From an uncultured virus (IMG/VR IMGVR_UViG_3300035698_030196) (Duplodnaviria > Heunggongvirae > Uroviricota > Caudoviricetes), in the IMG/VR virus record IMGVR_UViG_3300035698_030196: DNA of 20,000 bases. One strand, written 5' to 3'. The notes beneath the pieces were generated by a model. It had not been told where the DNA came from. It made no database searches and worked only from the letters and a program-made list of their open reading frames with translations. Positions 1 through 9,492 of this stretch are shown piece after piece; the first letter of the stretch is position 1, and every line of letters begins with the position of its first letter. Both the position numbers and the translations under genes were made by a program.

Positions 1-1
1 A

Positions 2-919
2 TCAAAATTCTTTGCATCTTGTATGCACTTATACACTGGTGGTTATAGAGATCAATTACTAGCTAATGTATTTGATCCAAACTCAATACCTGCATTCTTA
101 ACATTTGATACTGAAATTTACTGGCAAAAAGAAAAAATATCAGATTTCTTACCGCTTACTAGAATGATGCTCAGAAATATTGAATCTTTTAACAGTGATG
201 AAAATGTAAAAGTATACTTTGATAGAGCTTATCCAGATAGAATGAAAAAAGTTTTTGACCTGATGGTAATTAAATACAGTGAAAACAAACAAACTGCTAC
301 TGATAGAGATACTTACATTTACACACCGGATATTGATCCTGGTGATAATTTATCAAGTCCTTACATGGATAGAATGCGTATTAAAAAACATGGATATATC
401 GGTAAGAATACAAAATCACTTTACCTAAATAGATCTTATGATTGGAGTCAGATTAAAATTTCACCATCTGCTAATATTAAAGAAATTGTAGTTGAGACTG
501 ATGTTTTACCTGAAAATATGGCAAATACTAAATTGAAACCAGAATGGATTAAATTTAAATTAATGAAAATTTCAAATTTAGACCCATTTAAAGAAATAAC
601 AACTGAAATGATAGCATTTGATAAATGTAGATTAAATCTATCTGTTTTAGATTCCATGTCTGATAAAATTAAAAATTTACAATTAATAAGTTCTGAAATT
701 GTCGGTGATTTAGATTTATCTAAATTCGAAAATCTTGAAGAATTAGAATTAGTGTATACTTTAGATACTTTAGATCAATTAAAAGCGATTGTAAGTAACT
801 TAGAATTAAAGAAACTTTCTGTATCTGGTGATTTATTTTCAACACCAGAAGGCAAGACGTATCTTAAATCCTTGAGGAAAGGAAAAATGGAAATTAAAAT
901 AATAGGACCTGTAGTATGA
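2..919 (+). CDS. 5'-truncated phage protein of the SCM...DRxY...PYMD family with a leucine-rich-repeat-like C-terminus
   Basis: The frame is open to the window edge (SKFFASC precedes the track's M at 23), giving SCM, RMMLRNI, YFDRAYP and SPYMD in the same order as the motifs in 3079..4338. The C-terminus has LxxLxL periodicity (LSKFENLEELEL, LELKKLSVSG). Confidence 0.7.
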   Translation, partial: SKFFASCMHLYTGGYRDQLLANVFDPNSIPAFLTFDTEIYWQKEKISDFLPLTRMMLRNIESFNSDENVKVYFDRAYPDRMKKVFDLMVIKYSENKQTATDRDTYIYTPDIDPGDNLSSPYMDRMRIKKHGYIGKNTKSLYLNRSYDWSQIKISPSANIKEIVVETDVLPENMANTKLKPEWIKFKLMKISNLDPFKEITTEMIAFDKCRLNLSVLDSMSDKIKNLQLISSEIVGDLDLSKFENLEELELVYTLDTLDQLKAIVSNLELKKLSVSGDLFSTPEGKTYLKSLRKGKMEIKIIGPVV

Positions 920-2544
920 AAGAATTAAAATATATCAAATTTTTTGAAGCATTTGAATCTGATAAGTTATCAAAAACATTTGGCTTCTTAAATAAAGAAT
1001 CACAAGAAAGATTTTTGATAAGACTAAAGAGATACTTAAATAAGATAGATTTCCCTTATTCTGAAATAAGTGATGAATTTATTGAATATCTACCTTTTAA
1101 TGCCGCACTTAAAAAATCAGCTATGGCAACTGATGAGGTATGTGAAACTACCAGTAATCAAGCATTTCCTGAACATGGTATAGATGGAGAGAAATGTGAG
1201 AAGGGTAAAATTAAAAGAAGATGGGGTAAATCAATTAGGACAGTTACATGCCCTGTGTGTGATGGTACTGGTATTAAAAAGAAAAGAGAAGGTGAAATTA
1301 AATTAATAAAATATTGGTTCACTAAAGAAGGTCGTTATGTAGCAACTACAGCAGTTGATGGTGTAGTTAGAGGTGGAAATACCAGAGATAAATCTTTATC
1401 AACAGATATCTCAGATTATATAGTTGGTGAAAGATTAAGCGTCGATCAAGTACTGGCATTAAAAAAGGGGACGATAATAAGTGCAACATTAGGAAATGGT
1501 AGAACTAGAAGAAGTGTATGTTATATTTATAAATATGGTACTAGAAGAGAAGTCTGGGCACTAAATAATGATGAAGCTGGTGATACACCACCTGATAATG
1601 AATGGAGAAAATTTTCACACTATTCATGGGGAATGTATTCTGGTTCATTTCGTGATGCTAGATTGTTAACATTAAAAGATGATGTTGGTGATGAAGTCAT
1701 TAACCCTTATACATGGAATTCACCAGTAGATAATTATGCTAATATTCCTAGAAGAAGATATGTGGATGATGTTAAAGATTCAATAAAAGATGCACATTTC
1801 GCATTAGTTATAGATGCATCTAAATTATCAAAAACTGATTATTCTAGATTAACCCGCACAAGGGATAAAAGAACCACCGCAAAAAAGGGTGCATTTTTAA
1901 CAGATAATGAAGTAAGAGATATTAACATTGCTAGATATTTAGATAAAATCAGTAAAGGTATGAATATAACTGATGATGTTAAAAATATCAATAGATTAAT
2001 TAAAAGATTATTAAGATTTAGATTTGCAATATTCTCAATGGTTGCTGGTAATCTTCCAAATAAAATTGGTCCTATTCTCAATGAATATTATTCACTTTTA
2101 AGAACTGAGGACGAGAGTTATAAAAAGAGTTATATTTCAAATATTCAAGATAGAATAGACTCAATAATGAGTGGTTTAAAAAACTCTAATGTTAGAAAAA
2201 CTGTTGAGGAGATAAAATCAACATTGAAGACTAACGGACACACATCACACTTAGAATTGTTTGAAGAAGTATTGAAGGTTAGTAGTTTAATTTATGATAG
2301 AATAACAGAGATAGACATTGAAACAATTGAAGATTTGGAAACAGTCAACCAACGAATAATTTCGATTAAAAGTGTTTTATCAAGAGGTAGATATAAAATA
2401 TCAGATATAAGTTATTTCTTACAATATGTATATAACAGTAATACTAGATCTTCTCTATCATCAATTTTAGGAGAAAGTGATAAAGATGTTAAAGCTATTT
2501 TAGATGATATGGATAGATTAAAAAAAGTAATTTCAAAAATATAA
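916..2544 (+). CDS. Hypothetical 542-aa phage protein with an FES-type leader and a DnaJ-like Cys motif
   Basis: Long ORF with ATGA overlap on the upstream stop. It starts MKELKYIKFFEAFES and contains C...CEKGK...CPVCDGTG. Confidence 0.8.
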   Translation: MKELKYIKFFEAFESDKLSKTFGFLNKESQERFLIRLKRYLNKIDFPYSEISDEFIEYLPFNAALKKSAMATDEVCETTSNQAFPEHGIDGEKCEKGKIKRRWGKSIRTVTCPVCDGTGIKKKREGEIKLIKYWFTKEGRYVATTAVDGVVRGGNTRDKSLSTDISDYIVGERLSVDQVLALKKGTIISATLGNGRTRRSVCYIYKYGTRREVWALNNDEAGDTPPDNEWRKFSHYSWGMYSGSFRDARLLTLKDDVGDEVINPYTWNSPVDNYANIPRRRYVDDVKDSIKDAHFALVIDASKLSKTDYSRLTRTRDKRTTAKKGAFLTDNEVRDINIARYLDKISKGMNITDDVKNINRLIKRLLRFRFAIFSMVAGNLPNKIGPILNEYYSLLRTEDESYKKSYISNIQDRIDSIMSGLKNSNVRKTVEEIKSTLKTNGHTSHLELFEEVLKVSSLIYDRITEIDIETIEDLETVNQRIISIKSVLSRGRYKISDISYFLQYVYNSNTRSSLSSILGESDKDVKAILDDMDRLKKVISKI

Positions 2545-2552
2545 AATTAATT

Positions 2553-3056
2553 ATGGATTATAACACAAATACACCAAACTATAGCACTCGTAGTAGCAAA
2601 ATAGCAAATTTTGCAGACTTCGCAGATAATATTAATTCTGAGAAAGAAGAGTTAAAAGATGTGAAAAGAAGTATGAATCTAAATCATGATGATACACAAA
2701 AGTATCCTAAGAATTCAAGATATAAATACAATAAAGTAACTAGAAAAATCGATGACTTATCTTTAGATATGATTGATGATCAATTAGATGCTATTGAAGA
2801 ATCATTAACAAATACAATAGAATCGATGAGTCGCTTTCTAGAAGACTATGCAGTTTCACATAACTCATTCCAAAAAAGAGGAATGGATGAAGGTATAAGT
2901 GTTCTTAAAAATTCTGAAGATGTTGATGATGGTATCGCCAATATTAATAAAAAGATAAGTAATTGGGAATCAAAAGAAAAAGGTGATTTAATGCCAGAGG
3001 ATCAAAGAAAAGATATTATAAGTGGGTTAAATGATTTAATAGCAGCAATAAGCTAG
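2553..3056 (+). CDS. Hypothetical acidic phage protein
   Basis: 167-aa ORF tightly packed in a same-strand run. Degenerate leader-like segments KIANFADF and IESMSRFLE. Confidence 0.75.
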   Translation: MDYNTNTPNYSTRSSKIANFADFADNINSEKEELKDVKRSMNLNHDDTQKYPKNSRYKYNKVTRKIDDLSLDMIDDQLDAIEESLTNTIESMSRFLEDYAVSHNSFQKRGMDEGISVLKNSEDVDDGIANINKKISNWESKEKGDLMPEDQRKDIISGLNDLIAAIS

Positions 3057-3078
3057 AATAAAAAATAATAAAAATAAT

Positions 3079-4338
3079 ATGAGTTTATTTAAGTATGAAG
3101 ATTTTATGTTAGAACAAACAATGTATGAACTTCTAAATGAATCGAAATTATATTTCTCAAGGAAATTAATACAATTTCTAAATAAGATTAAAGATGATAA
3201 AGTTGCAAAACATTTACTTGCTCTTTATTCAAAAGATGTTGATAAATTGAAATTCAATTATGTTGATATTACTGATGACAAGGCAAGACTTTCTTTTATA
3301 CCTGATGCTAAAGCACAGAAGATAATAAATGATAGACCTGAAATATATGAAACAATATCAAGTGGAAGAAATTTAACACATGGTCCAAAAAATGATAAGA
3401 TATTTTTACAATTGGGTTATGAAAAACCAGACGGTGATCCATGGTCTCCAAGTGGTGGACAAAGTGGTTTAATTCTAAATGAGGTTATTAGTAGCACCAG
3501 TGGTAAAACATTCGTTGTGTTTGAAGAAATAATAGATGATAAAGGAACCGGCGGTAAGAAAACTGTTATGAATAAAGATAACTTACAACTTTCTGAAGAA
3601 TATGCAGGTGAATTATATACTAAAAATAGAAATCCCATAAATGTTGGTAGAATAGCTAGAGCTATCTTAACATCAGCAGAAGTTAAATTCGTAGAAAAAG
3701 ATATTGAAGAATTTGTTAACAAGTATAAAGCTACATTTGATTTTATGCAGGATAAACTAAAACAATTTGATATAGTTAAAGGTAATGCTATCGCACATTG
3801 GTATCAAGGTGATAATTATGTTGGAGATGGTGATGAAGGAACTTTAAGTAACTCATGTATGGCTTATTCCCCATCAGATTTCTTTGATATTTACACAAGT
3901 AATAAACAAGTTAGTTTAGTTATTTTATATAGCGATGATGGAACTATCAAAGGTGATAAATATGAATCTGATAAAATTAAAGGTAGAGCAATATTATGGG
4001 ATTGTAAAGTTGATGGTGTTGATGCAAAATTCTTAGATAGAATTTATACAAACCATGATTCAGATACAGAATTATTTAAACAATTTGCAGAAAAGAATGA
4101 GTGGTTTTGTAAAAAAAGACAATCAATGACACCAAGTGAAACTATTTCAGATGGAAATGTTTCTAAATCTAGATCAATGGTGGCAAAATTAGACTACACA
4201 AATTTTGACTATTATCCATATATGGACACTATGTGTTATATAACCTTAGGATCTAAAGAAGTTAGGAATGAATCTTCAGGTTGTGATAGAATAGCAAGAG
4301 ATACTGATGGTGATTATCACGATGATGATGACTATTAG
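3079..4338 (+). CDS. Phage protein of the SCM / GRAILW / DRIY / YPYMD family with a leader-like N-terminus
   Basis: 419-aa ORF containing GTLSNSCM, KGRAILWD, FLDRIYT and YYPYMDT. It starts MSLFKYEDFMLE...LLNES. Confidence 0.8.
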   Translation: MSLFKYEDFMLEQTMYELLNESKLYFSRKLIQFLNKIKDDKVAKHLLALYSKDVDKLKFNYVDITDDKARLSFIPDAKAQKIINDRPEIYETISSGRNLTHGPKNDKIFLQLGYEKPDGDPWSPSGGQSGLILNEVISSTSGKTFVVFEEIIDDKGTGGKKTVMNKDNLQLSEEYAGELYTKNRNPINVGRIARAILTSAEVKFVEKDIEEFVNKYKATFDFMQDKLKQFDIVKGNAIAHWYQGDNYVGDGDEGTLSNSCMAYSPSDFFDIYTSNKQVSLVILYSDDGTIKGDKYESDKIKGRAILWDCKVDGVDAKFLDRIYTNHDSDTELFKQFAEKNEWFCKKRQSMTPSETISDGNVSKSRSMVAKLDYTNFDYYPYMDTMCYITLGSKEVRNESSGCDRIARDTDGDYHDDDDY

Positions 4339-4342
4339 AATA

Positions 4343-4375
4343 AAAAAAACCAGTTTTATTAAAACTGGTTTTTTT
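4343..4375. terminator. Bidirectional intrinsic terminator
   Basis: AAAAAAACCAGTTTT-att-AAAACTGGTTTTTTT perfect hairpin between convergent genes. Confidence 0.85.
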
Positions 4376-4404
4376 ATTTAATATAAGTGATTAAATATAT
4401 ATAT

Positions 4405-6291
4405 TTAATCAACTTCTTCGAAAGAAACATCTTCAGTACCATCATCTTCTTCAGGTGGCGTTTGCTGTTCTTCAGTAACAGATTCATTAGATTCTTGATA
4501 TAGTTTAGTGCTAATCTTAGACCAAGTTTCATTTAATTTTTCAGCATGAACATCAATGTCTTCTAAATTTTCAGATTTATGTGCTTCTTTAAGATTTTCT
4601 AAATCGTTACCTAAATCTTTCTTATCATCATCTGTTAGTTTATCATCAAATTCTTTCATCTGTTTATCCGTTTGGAAAATAAGATTATCTGCCATATTCA
4701 TCTTATCAACCTTCTCTTTCTCTATACGATCACTTTCGGCATTTTCTTCAGCATCTACTCTCATTCTATCAACTTCTTCTTTAGATAATTGTGAACCACC
4801 TTCAATTCTAATTTGGTTTTCTTTACCAGTTGCTTTATCCTTAGCTGATACAGATAGAACACCGTTAGCATCAATATCTAAAGATACTGTAATTTGTGGA
4901 ACACCACGAGGTGCTGGCATTATTCCATCTAAATGGAATCTACCTAAATCTCTATTATCTCTAGCCATTGGTCTTTCACCTTGTAGAACATGTATTTCTA
5001 CTGATGGTTGGTTGTCTGATGCAGTAGAGAATGTCTCTTCTTTTCTAGTAGGGATTGTAGTGTTAGCTTCAATCAATCTAGTTAGTACACCACCCATAGT
5101 TTCGATTCCTAGAGAGATAGGAGTAACATCTAGCAACAATACATCAGTAATGTCTCCGGATAAAACAGCGCCTTGTATAGCTGCTCCCATAGCCACAACT
5201 TCATCCGGGTTAACTGATTTATTTGGTGCTTTACCAATGAATTGTTCCAAAGCTTCTTGTATTGCTACAATTCTGGTTGAACCACCAACTAAAATAACTT
5301 CATCGATATCAGATGTTTTTAGTTTAGCTTTTTTTAATGCTGATTTAGCAAAGTGTATTGTTCTATCAACTAAATTAGAACTTAATTGTTCAAATTTTGC
5401 CCTTGATAGAGTCTTAACTAAATGCACTGGTCCTGCTTCACTAATAGTTAAATAAGGTAAATTTATTTCTGTTTGTGAAGAAGAAGATAATTCAATCTTA
5501 GCTTTCTCTGCGGCTTCTTTCAAACGTTGAATAGCACTTGGGTCTTTTGCTAAGGCAAACCCATTGTCTGTTTTAAATTCTGAAAGTAACCAATCGATAA
5601 TAACATTATCAAAATCATCACCACCTAAGTGTGTATCACCATCAGTAGATTTAACTTCAAAAACACCATCACCTATTTCTAATATTGATACATCGTGTGT
5701 TCCACCACCACAATCAAATACTAGAATTTTTGAATCTGTGCCTTTTTTATCAAGCCCATAAGCCAATGCAGCTGCAGTAGGCTCGTTGATAATTCTTTCA
5801 ACTTCTAAACCTGCAATTTTACCTGCTTCAATAGTTGCGGTTCTTTCTGCATCACCAAAATATGCAGGAACAGTAATAACTGCTTTTTTAACCTCTTTAC
5901 CTAAGAAATCTTCCGCAGTTTTCTTCATCTTTTGTAAAATCATTGCAGATAATTCTTGTGGAGTATAATTCTTGTCACCAATTTTAACACTTGGGATATT
6001 ATTACCACTATCTACAATTTTATAAGAAACTTTACTTGTCTCATCTTTGATGAAGGAAAAATCTTTACCTATAAATCTCTTTATAGATGAGATTGTTCTC
6101 TCTGGGTTTACAATAGATTGTCTTTTAGCACCATCACCAACTTTCCTATCTTCATCAGTGAATGCTATGATTGATGGAGTTGTTCTACCTCCTTCTGAGT
6201 TAGCGATTACGATTGGTTCTCCACCTTCAACTACTGAAACACAACTCGTAGTGGTTCCAAGATCAATCCCTATAATTACTTCTTTTTTCAT
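4405..6291 (-). CDS. dnaK: Chaperone DnaK (Hsp70)
   Basis: [64 protein letters not shown] and APRGVPQI motifs; full length at 628 aa. Confidence 0.98.
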   Translation of the reverse strand: MKKEVIIGIDLGTTTSCVSVVEGGEPIVIANSEGGRTTPSIIAFTDEDRKVGDGAKRQSIVNPERTISSIKRFIGKDFSFIKDETSKVSYKIVDSGNNIPSVKIGDKNYTPQELSAMILQKMKKTAEDFLGKEVKKAVITVPAYFGDAERTATIEAGKIAGLEVERIINEPTAAALAYGLDKKGTDSKILVFDCGGGTHDVSILEIGDGVFEVKSTDGDTHLGGDDFDNVIIDWLLSEFKTDNGFALAKDPSAIQRLKEAAEKAKIELSSSSQTEINLPYLTISEAGPVHLVKTLSRAKFEQLSSNLVDRTIHFAKSALKKAKLKTSDIDEVILVGGSTRIVAIQEALEQFIGKAPNKSVNPDEVVAMGAAIQGAVLSGDITDVLLLDVTPISLGIETMGGVLTRLIEANTTIPTRKEETFSTASDNQPSVEIHVLQGERPMARDNRDLGRFHLDGIMPAPRGVPQITVSLDIDANGVLSVSAKDKATGKENQIRIEGGSQLSKEEVDRMRVDAEENAESDRIEKEKVDKMNMADNLIFQTDKQMKEFDDKLTDDDKKDLGNDLENLKEAHKSENLEDIDVHAEKLNETWSKISTKLYQESNESVTEEQQTPPEEDDGTEDVSFEEVD

Positions 6292-6319
6292 ATTATATAT
6301 TTATTTTAATTATTTATTA

Positions 6320-6334
6320 TCAAATACTGTACCA
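6320..6334 (-). promoter_or_regulatory. Sigma54-like -24/-12 promoter upstream of dnaK
   Basis: Minus strand reads TGGTAC-AGTAT-TTGA against the consensus TGGCAC-N5-TTGC; spacing is correct with two mismatches. Confidence 0.5.
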
Positions 6335-6346
6335 AAACAAAAACAC

Positions 6347-6357
6347 GACATTTTGTC
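6347..6357. promoter_or_regulatory. GACA-N3-TGTC palindrome, candidate operator for dnaK
   Basis: Inverted repeat 12 nt upstream of the -24 box in the intergenic gap. Confidence 0.4.
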
Positions 6358-6405
6358 ATGTTCTGTATTTGTGATATAAACTTATATAAAAATGTTTGAT
6401 AAAGT

Positions 6406-6804
6406 TTAGGAGGTTAGAATGATAGTTAATACTTTTAACCTTATAGGTGAATTAATATACTCAATCATTGTAGATAAATCAGTGAATATGTTTTTATAAC
6501 ATCTGTCAGGTATTACCGGTCCTTTTCCATCATCGATTGTGACATTTAATTTCACTAGTCCCTTTTCAAATAAAAAAGATTCACTTTTTGAAAAATCTAT
6601 TAATCTTAAAACCTCATCTTCAATTTTATTCCAAGGAACTGGCTTCTTATCGGCATAATTAACTAATCTTACAACTATTCTTTTACCAGATTTTTCTACT
6701 TTTGGGTTTAACCCAATATCTTTTAACGGCATTAAAATTTCATCAATTATATTAATAACATAATCAATGGATTCAAATATTTTATATTTACTTATATACT
6801 TCAT
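6406..6804 (-). CDS. Paralogue array member 7 (subfamily A)
   Basis: MKYISKYKIFES leader; IDEILMPLKDIGL...VRLVNY...W..IEDEVLRLIDF. Confidence 0.85.
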   Translation of the reverse strand: MKYISKYKIFESIDYVINIIDEILMPLKDIGLNPKVEKSGKRIVVRLVNYADKKPVPWNKIEDEVLRLIDFSKSESFLFEKGLVKLNVTIDDGKGPVIPDRCYKNIFTDLSTMIEYINSPIRLKVLTIILTS

Positions 6805-6805
6805 T

Positions 6806-7228
6806 TTACTTTTTTATTTTATTCAGATAAAGTTGTAAATATGCTATTCTTTTATCTCTATCAGTATTTATTAATTCACCTAAGTCACTAAATACACCAA
6901 CAAATCCAGGATCAAGAGGTTCACCATTTCTATCTATGTTATCAGCATCAATTATTCTAATACGACCATTAGTAAAACGAAATTCATCTTTTGTGAACTC
7001 AATAATTCTTAAAACCTCATCTTCAATTTCATACCAAAGTCGAGGTTTATCATTATAATCTATTAATTTAACTAGAATATATGGATTATATCCGAATTCA
7101 AAATTAACACCTGTGTTTTTTAAACCAATATCACTCAATGGTAATATGATATCTCTGATACCATCAACCATACCATCAACCATACCATCATCTGATTCGA
7201 ATATTTTATACTTACTTAGATATTTCAT
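6806..7228 (-). CDS. Paralogue array member 6 (subfamily A)
   Basis: MKYLSKYKIFES leader; IRDIILPLSDIGL...VKLIDY...WYEIEDEVLRIIEF. Confidence 0.85.
   Translation of the reverse strand: MKYLSKYKIFESDDGMVDGMVDGIRDIILPLSDIGLKNTGVNFEFGYNPYILVKLIDYNDKPRLWYEIEDEVLRIIEFTKDEFRFTNGRIRIIDADNIDRNGEPLDPGFVGVFSDLGELINTDRDKRIAYLQLYLNKIKK
7158..7190. repeat. 12-nt in-frame tandem duplication (MVDG MVDG)
   Basis: ATACCATCAACC twice followed by ATACCATCA, just after the leader of 6806..7228. Confidence 0.85.
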
Positions 7229-7622
7229 TCTTAATTTCCCCTTTTATTAAAATCGAACCAACTTCATAATCCTCAAATATATATTTAGGTATAACTGATA
7301 TGCCATTTTCTAATTCTTCATAAGAAATGATTGTTTGGGCAAATTCATCTTTAACTAATAATGTTGGTGTTAAATTAATAGAATAAATATATTCTATTAT
7401 TCTATCTAAGCAATCTCCAACTTCATTAATTTTAAAACCAGATTTTGAAATATGAACACCAATTCCTATAAATTTTTTATCACTCATTGAATATCTATAA
7501 TAATTATTAAAATCAGTATAATAATCAAGATCACTTGCTTCTAATAGAATATCCTTTATTTCTATTTCTATTTTTGTATCAACAACCGATTCGAATATTT
7601 TAAATTTCTTCAAAAATTTCAT
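7212..7622 (-). CDS. Paralogue array member 5 (subfamily B); likely start 7622, alternative in-frame start 7682
   Basis: MKFLKKFKIFES leader at 7622; IKDILLEASDLDY...EVGDCLDRIIEY. Confidence 0.8.
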   Translation of the reverse strand: MKFLKKFKIFESVVDTKIEIEIKDILLEASDLDYYTDFNNYYRYSMSDKKFIGIGVHISKSGFKINEVGDCLDRIIEYIYSINLTPTLLVKDEFAQTIISYEELENGISVIPKYIFEDYEVGSILIKGEIKNEISK

Positions 7623-7628
7623 ATATTT

Positions 7629-7638
7629 TATATATAAA
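7629..7638 (-). promoter_or_regulatory. Candidate phage late promoter box TTTATATATA
   Basis: 6 nt before the ATG at 7622; same box recurs before other gene starts. Confidence 0.5.
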
Positions 7639-7660
7639 AAAAGAGAAGTGAAAACTTCTC
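7636..7660 (-). terminator. Intrinsic terminator inside the array
   Basis: Minus strand GAGAAGT-tttc-ACTTCTC-TTTTTTT. Confidence 0.7.
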
Positions 7661-7678
7661 GAAAATGATTTAGATATT

Positions 7679-8131
7679 TCATTTTACTTTAACTTTTACT
7701 TTTATTAAAATTGAACGAATATTAAATTGTTCGAAAAAATGTTTAAGGTTTCCGTCATAAATGTGGAACCCATGGTAATCACCATCATCAAAGTCACATG
7801 AATATAACTTATCGAATGATCCATCTTTTAATTCTTCTTCATCAAAGGTGATAATTGTTTTATTATTATCTTTAATATGTAATTTCGGTGTATAAATTTC
7901 TTTATTATGAATATATTCTAAAACTCTATCTAAGCAATCTTTAATCTCATCGAAATCAAAGTTAGATCTCTTTATAATATAAATATCCATTATTATTAAA
8001 TCACCACCACTAAATAAAGTATTAACACAGGTTTGATAATCAATATCACTAACCTCTAATAAAATATCTTCTATTTCTATTTCTAAATCTGTTTTTGATT
8101 CAAACATTTTATATTTATTTAAATACTTCAT
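7679..8131 (-). CDS. Paralogue array member 4 (subfamily B)
   Basis: MKYLNKYKMFES leader; IEDILLEVSDIDY...FDFDEIKDCLDRVLEY. Confidence 0.85.
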   Translation of the reverse strand: MKYLNKYKMFESKTDLEIEIEDILLEVSDIDYQTCVNTLFSGGDLIIMDIYIIKRSNFDFDEIKDCLDRVLEYIHNKEIYTPKLHIKDNNKTIITFDEEELKDGSFDKLYSCDFDDGDYHGFHIYDGNLKHFFEQFNIRSILIKVKVKVK

Positions 8132-8136
8132 ATTAT

Positions 8137-8544
8137 TTATATTTTATTGAAACTAATTGAAAAATAACTAAAGGCCTTATCCTTGTTTCTTATTATATAA
8201 TCAAGATTATTAAATCGTCTACGTGCATTGTAGGTGCCTTCTTCATGATTAAGTGCGACATTAACTTCTAATAATTCGAACCTACTACCTTTTAAATAGT
8301 CAATAAGTCTCAAAATCTCATCTTTAATATCATCCCAAAATAATATTTCTTTTGTATTATAATTTATAAGCCTAATATATATTTCTTCTTCTTCTGTGGG
8401 AGAATAAAATTCCCTACTAGCTTCAGTGTTCAACCCAATATCATCTAATGGTAGTAATATATCTTTAATATCACTAACTATTATATCACCATCAACTGAT
8501 AACGATTCAAACATTTTATATGTTTTTAAATATTTATTCATCAT
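8137..8544 (-). CDS. Paralogue array member 3 (subfamily A)
   Basis: MMNKYLKTYKMFES leader; IKDILLPLDDIGL...IRLINY...WDDIKDEILRLIDY. Confidence 0.85.
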   Translation of the reverse strand: MMNKYLKTYKMFESLSVDGDIIVSDIKDILLPLDDIGLNTEASREFYSPTEEEEIYIRLINYNTKEILFWDDIKDEILRLIDYLKGSRFELLEVNVALNHEEGTYNARRRFNNLDYIIRNKDKAFSYFSISFNKI

Positions 8545-8974
8545 ATTTTTGTATAGCTTTTATCTGAATAGAATAAACATCATAATCTTCTTCCAAGTGA
8601 TTATTAACCAAATCCTCTATTGTTGAATTTTTCAAGTAATCATCACCTATTTTCATAATAGTATAGTCATTATCATCTTTAATATTAATTCTTATATTAA
8701 AAGAATTTTTAGAATATAAATACTCAACAATTCGGTTAACACAATCTTTAATTTCATCAAAATCTAAATCATATTTCTCTATACTAATTTCAAATGAGTG
8801 AAAACCTATATCACTTGTGTAATATGTACAATAGGTTCCATAGTCTATATCACTAACTTCTAATAACATATCTAGAATATCAATTCTTATATTTTTATGA
8901 AAATCACTTATAGGTTGAGCCTGTTTTAGATCAGTGATTCCTTCAAACATTTTATATTTACTTAAATACTTCAT
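8534..8974 (-). CDS. Paralogue array member 2 (subfamily B)
   Basis: MKYLSKYKMFEG leader; ILDMLLEVSDIDY...LDFDEIKDCVNRIVEY. Confidence 0.85.
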   Translation of the reverse strand: MKYLSKYKMFEGITDLKQAQPISDFHKNIRIDILDMLLEVSDIDYGTYCTYYTSDIGFHSFEISIEKYDLDFDEIKDCVNRIVEYLYSKNSFNIRINIKDDNDYTIMKIGDDYLKNSTIEDLVNNHLEEDYDVYSIQIKAIQKYDE

Positions 8975-9447
8975 AATAAATCACATTCAATTAAAACTGC
9001 ATAAACTTTAGCCTCCCAATTATTTTTAGGTTGTAGATTTTCCATTTTTTCGAATAAAGAATCTATATCTCCCAATTCACTAATATTAAAACTATCAAGT
9101 GGTTTATCATAATCATTTCTGACACTTAAAACTATAGAATCATTATTTATCAATTCTTCCTCTTTAAGATATTCTAATAATCTAGCTACACAATCTTTAA
9201 TATCTTCAAATTTAAGTCTACGTTTTTGTATAATGATGCCAAATATATCTACATTATCAGGTACCGACTCAAAAGGGAATTCATATACTTTCCCAATGTA
9301 GTGCTGGTCAAATACTGCAATCGATGTTCCGTAATAATTAATATCGGATACTTCCCTCAATATATCTTCTGCACCTAAACACATTTCTACCAACCCATTC
9401 TTGGGTGATGAAGATTCAAACATTTTATATTTATCTAAATATCTCAT
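8971..9447 (-). CDS. Paralogue array member 1 (subfamily B)
   Basis: MRYLDKYKMFES leader; AEDILREVSDINY...LKFEDIKDCVARLLEY. Confidence 0.85.
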   Translation of the reverse strand: MRYLDKYKMFESSSPKNGLVEMCLGAEDILREVSDINYYGTSIAVFDQHYIGKVYEFPFESVPDNVDIFGIIIQKRRLKFEDIKDCVARLLEYLKEEELINNDSIVLSVRNDYDKPLDSFNISELGDIDSLFEKMENLQPKNNWEAKVYAVLIECDLL

Positions 9448-9455
9448 ATATATAC

Positions 9456-9465
9456 TATATATAAA
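9456..9465 (-). promoter_or_regulatory. Candidate phage late promoter box TTTATATATA
   Basis: 8 nt before the ATG at 9447, overlapping the U-tract of the adjacent terminator. Confidence 0.5.
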
Positions 9466-9491
9466 AAGAGAAGTATAATAACTTCTCTTTT
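9463..9491. terminator. Intrinsic terminator after the RNA ligase gene
   Basis: AAAAGAGAAGT-ataata-ACTTCTCTTTT hairpin. Confidence 0.8.
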
Positions 9492-9492
9492 C

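Noticed and set aside
4408..4419. DnaK ends in EEVD like eukaryotic cytosolic Hsp70
   Set aside because: The context DVSFEEVD matches the common bacterial DxxFEEV tail, and the rest of the protein is bacterial-type.
4556..6379. Long plus-strand ORFs (299, 65, 60 and 110 aa) opposite dnaK
   Set aside because: Antisense shadows of dnaK, a known feature of Hsp70 genes; Ser-rich with no motifs.
6406..9447. CRISPR array or diversity-generating retroelement behind the repeated 5' sequences
   Set aside because: The repeats are degenerate coding leaders about 400-480 nt apart; no reverse transcriptase, cas gene or template/variable repeat pair is visible.
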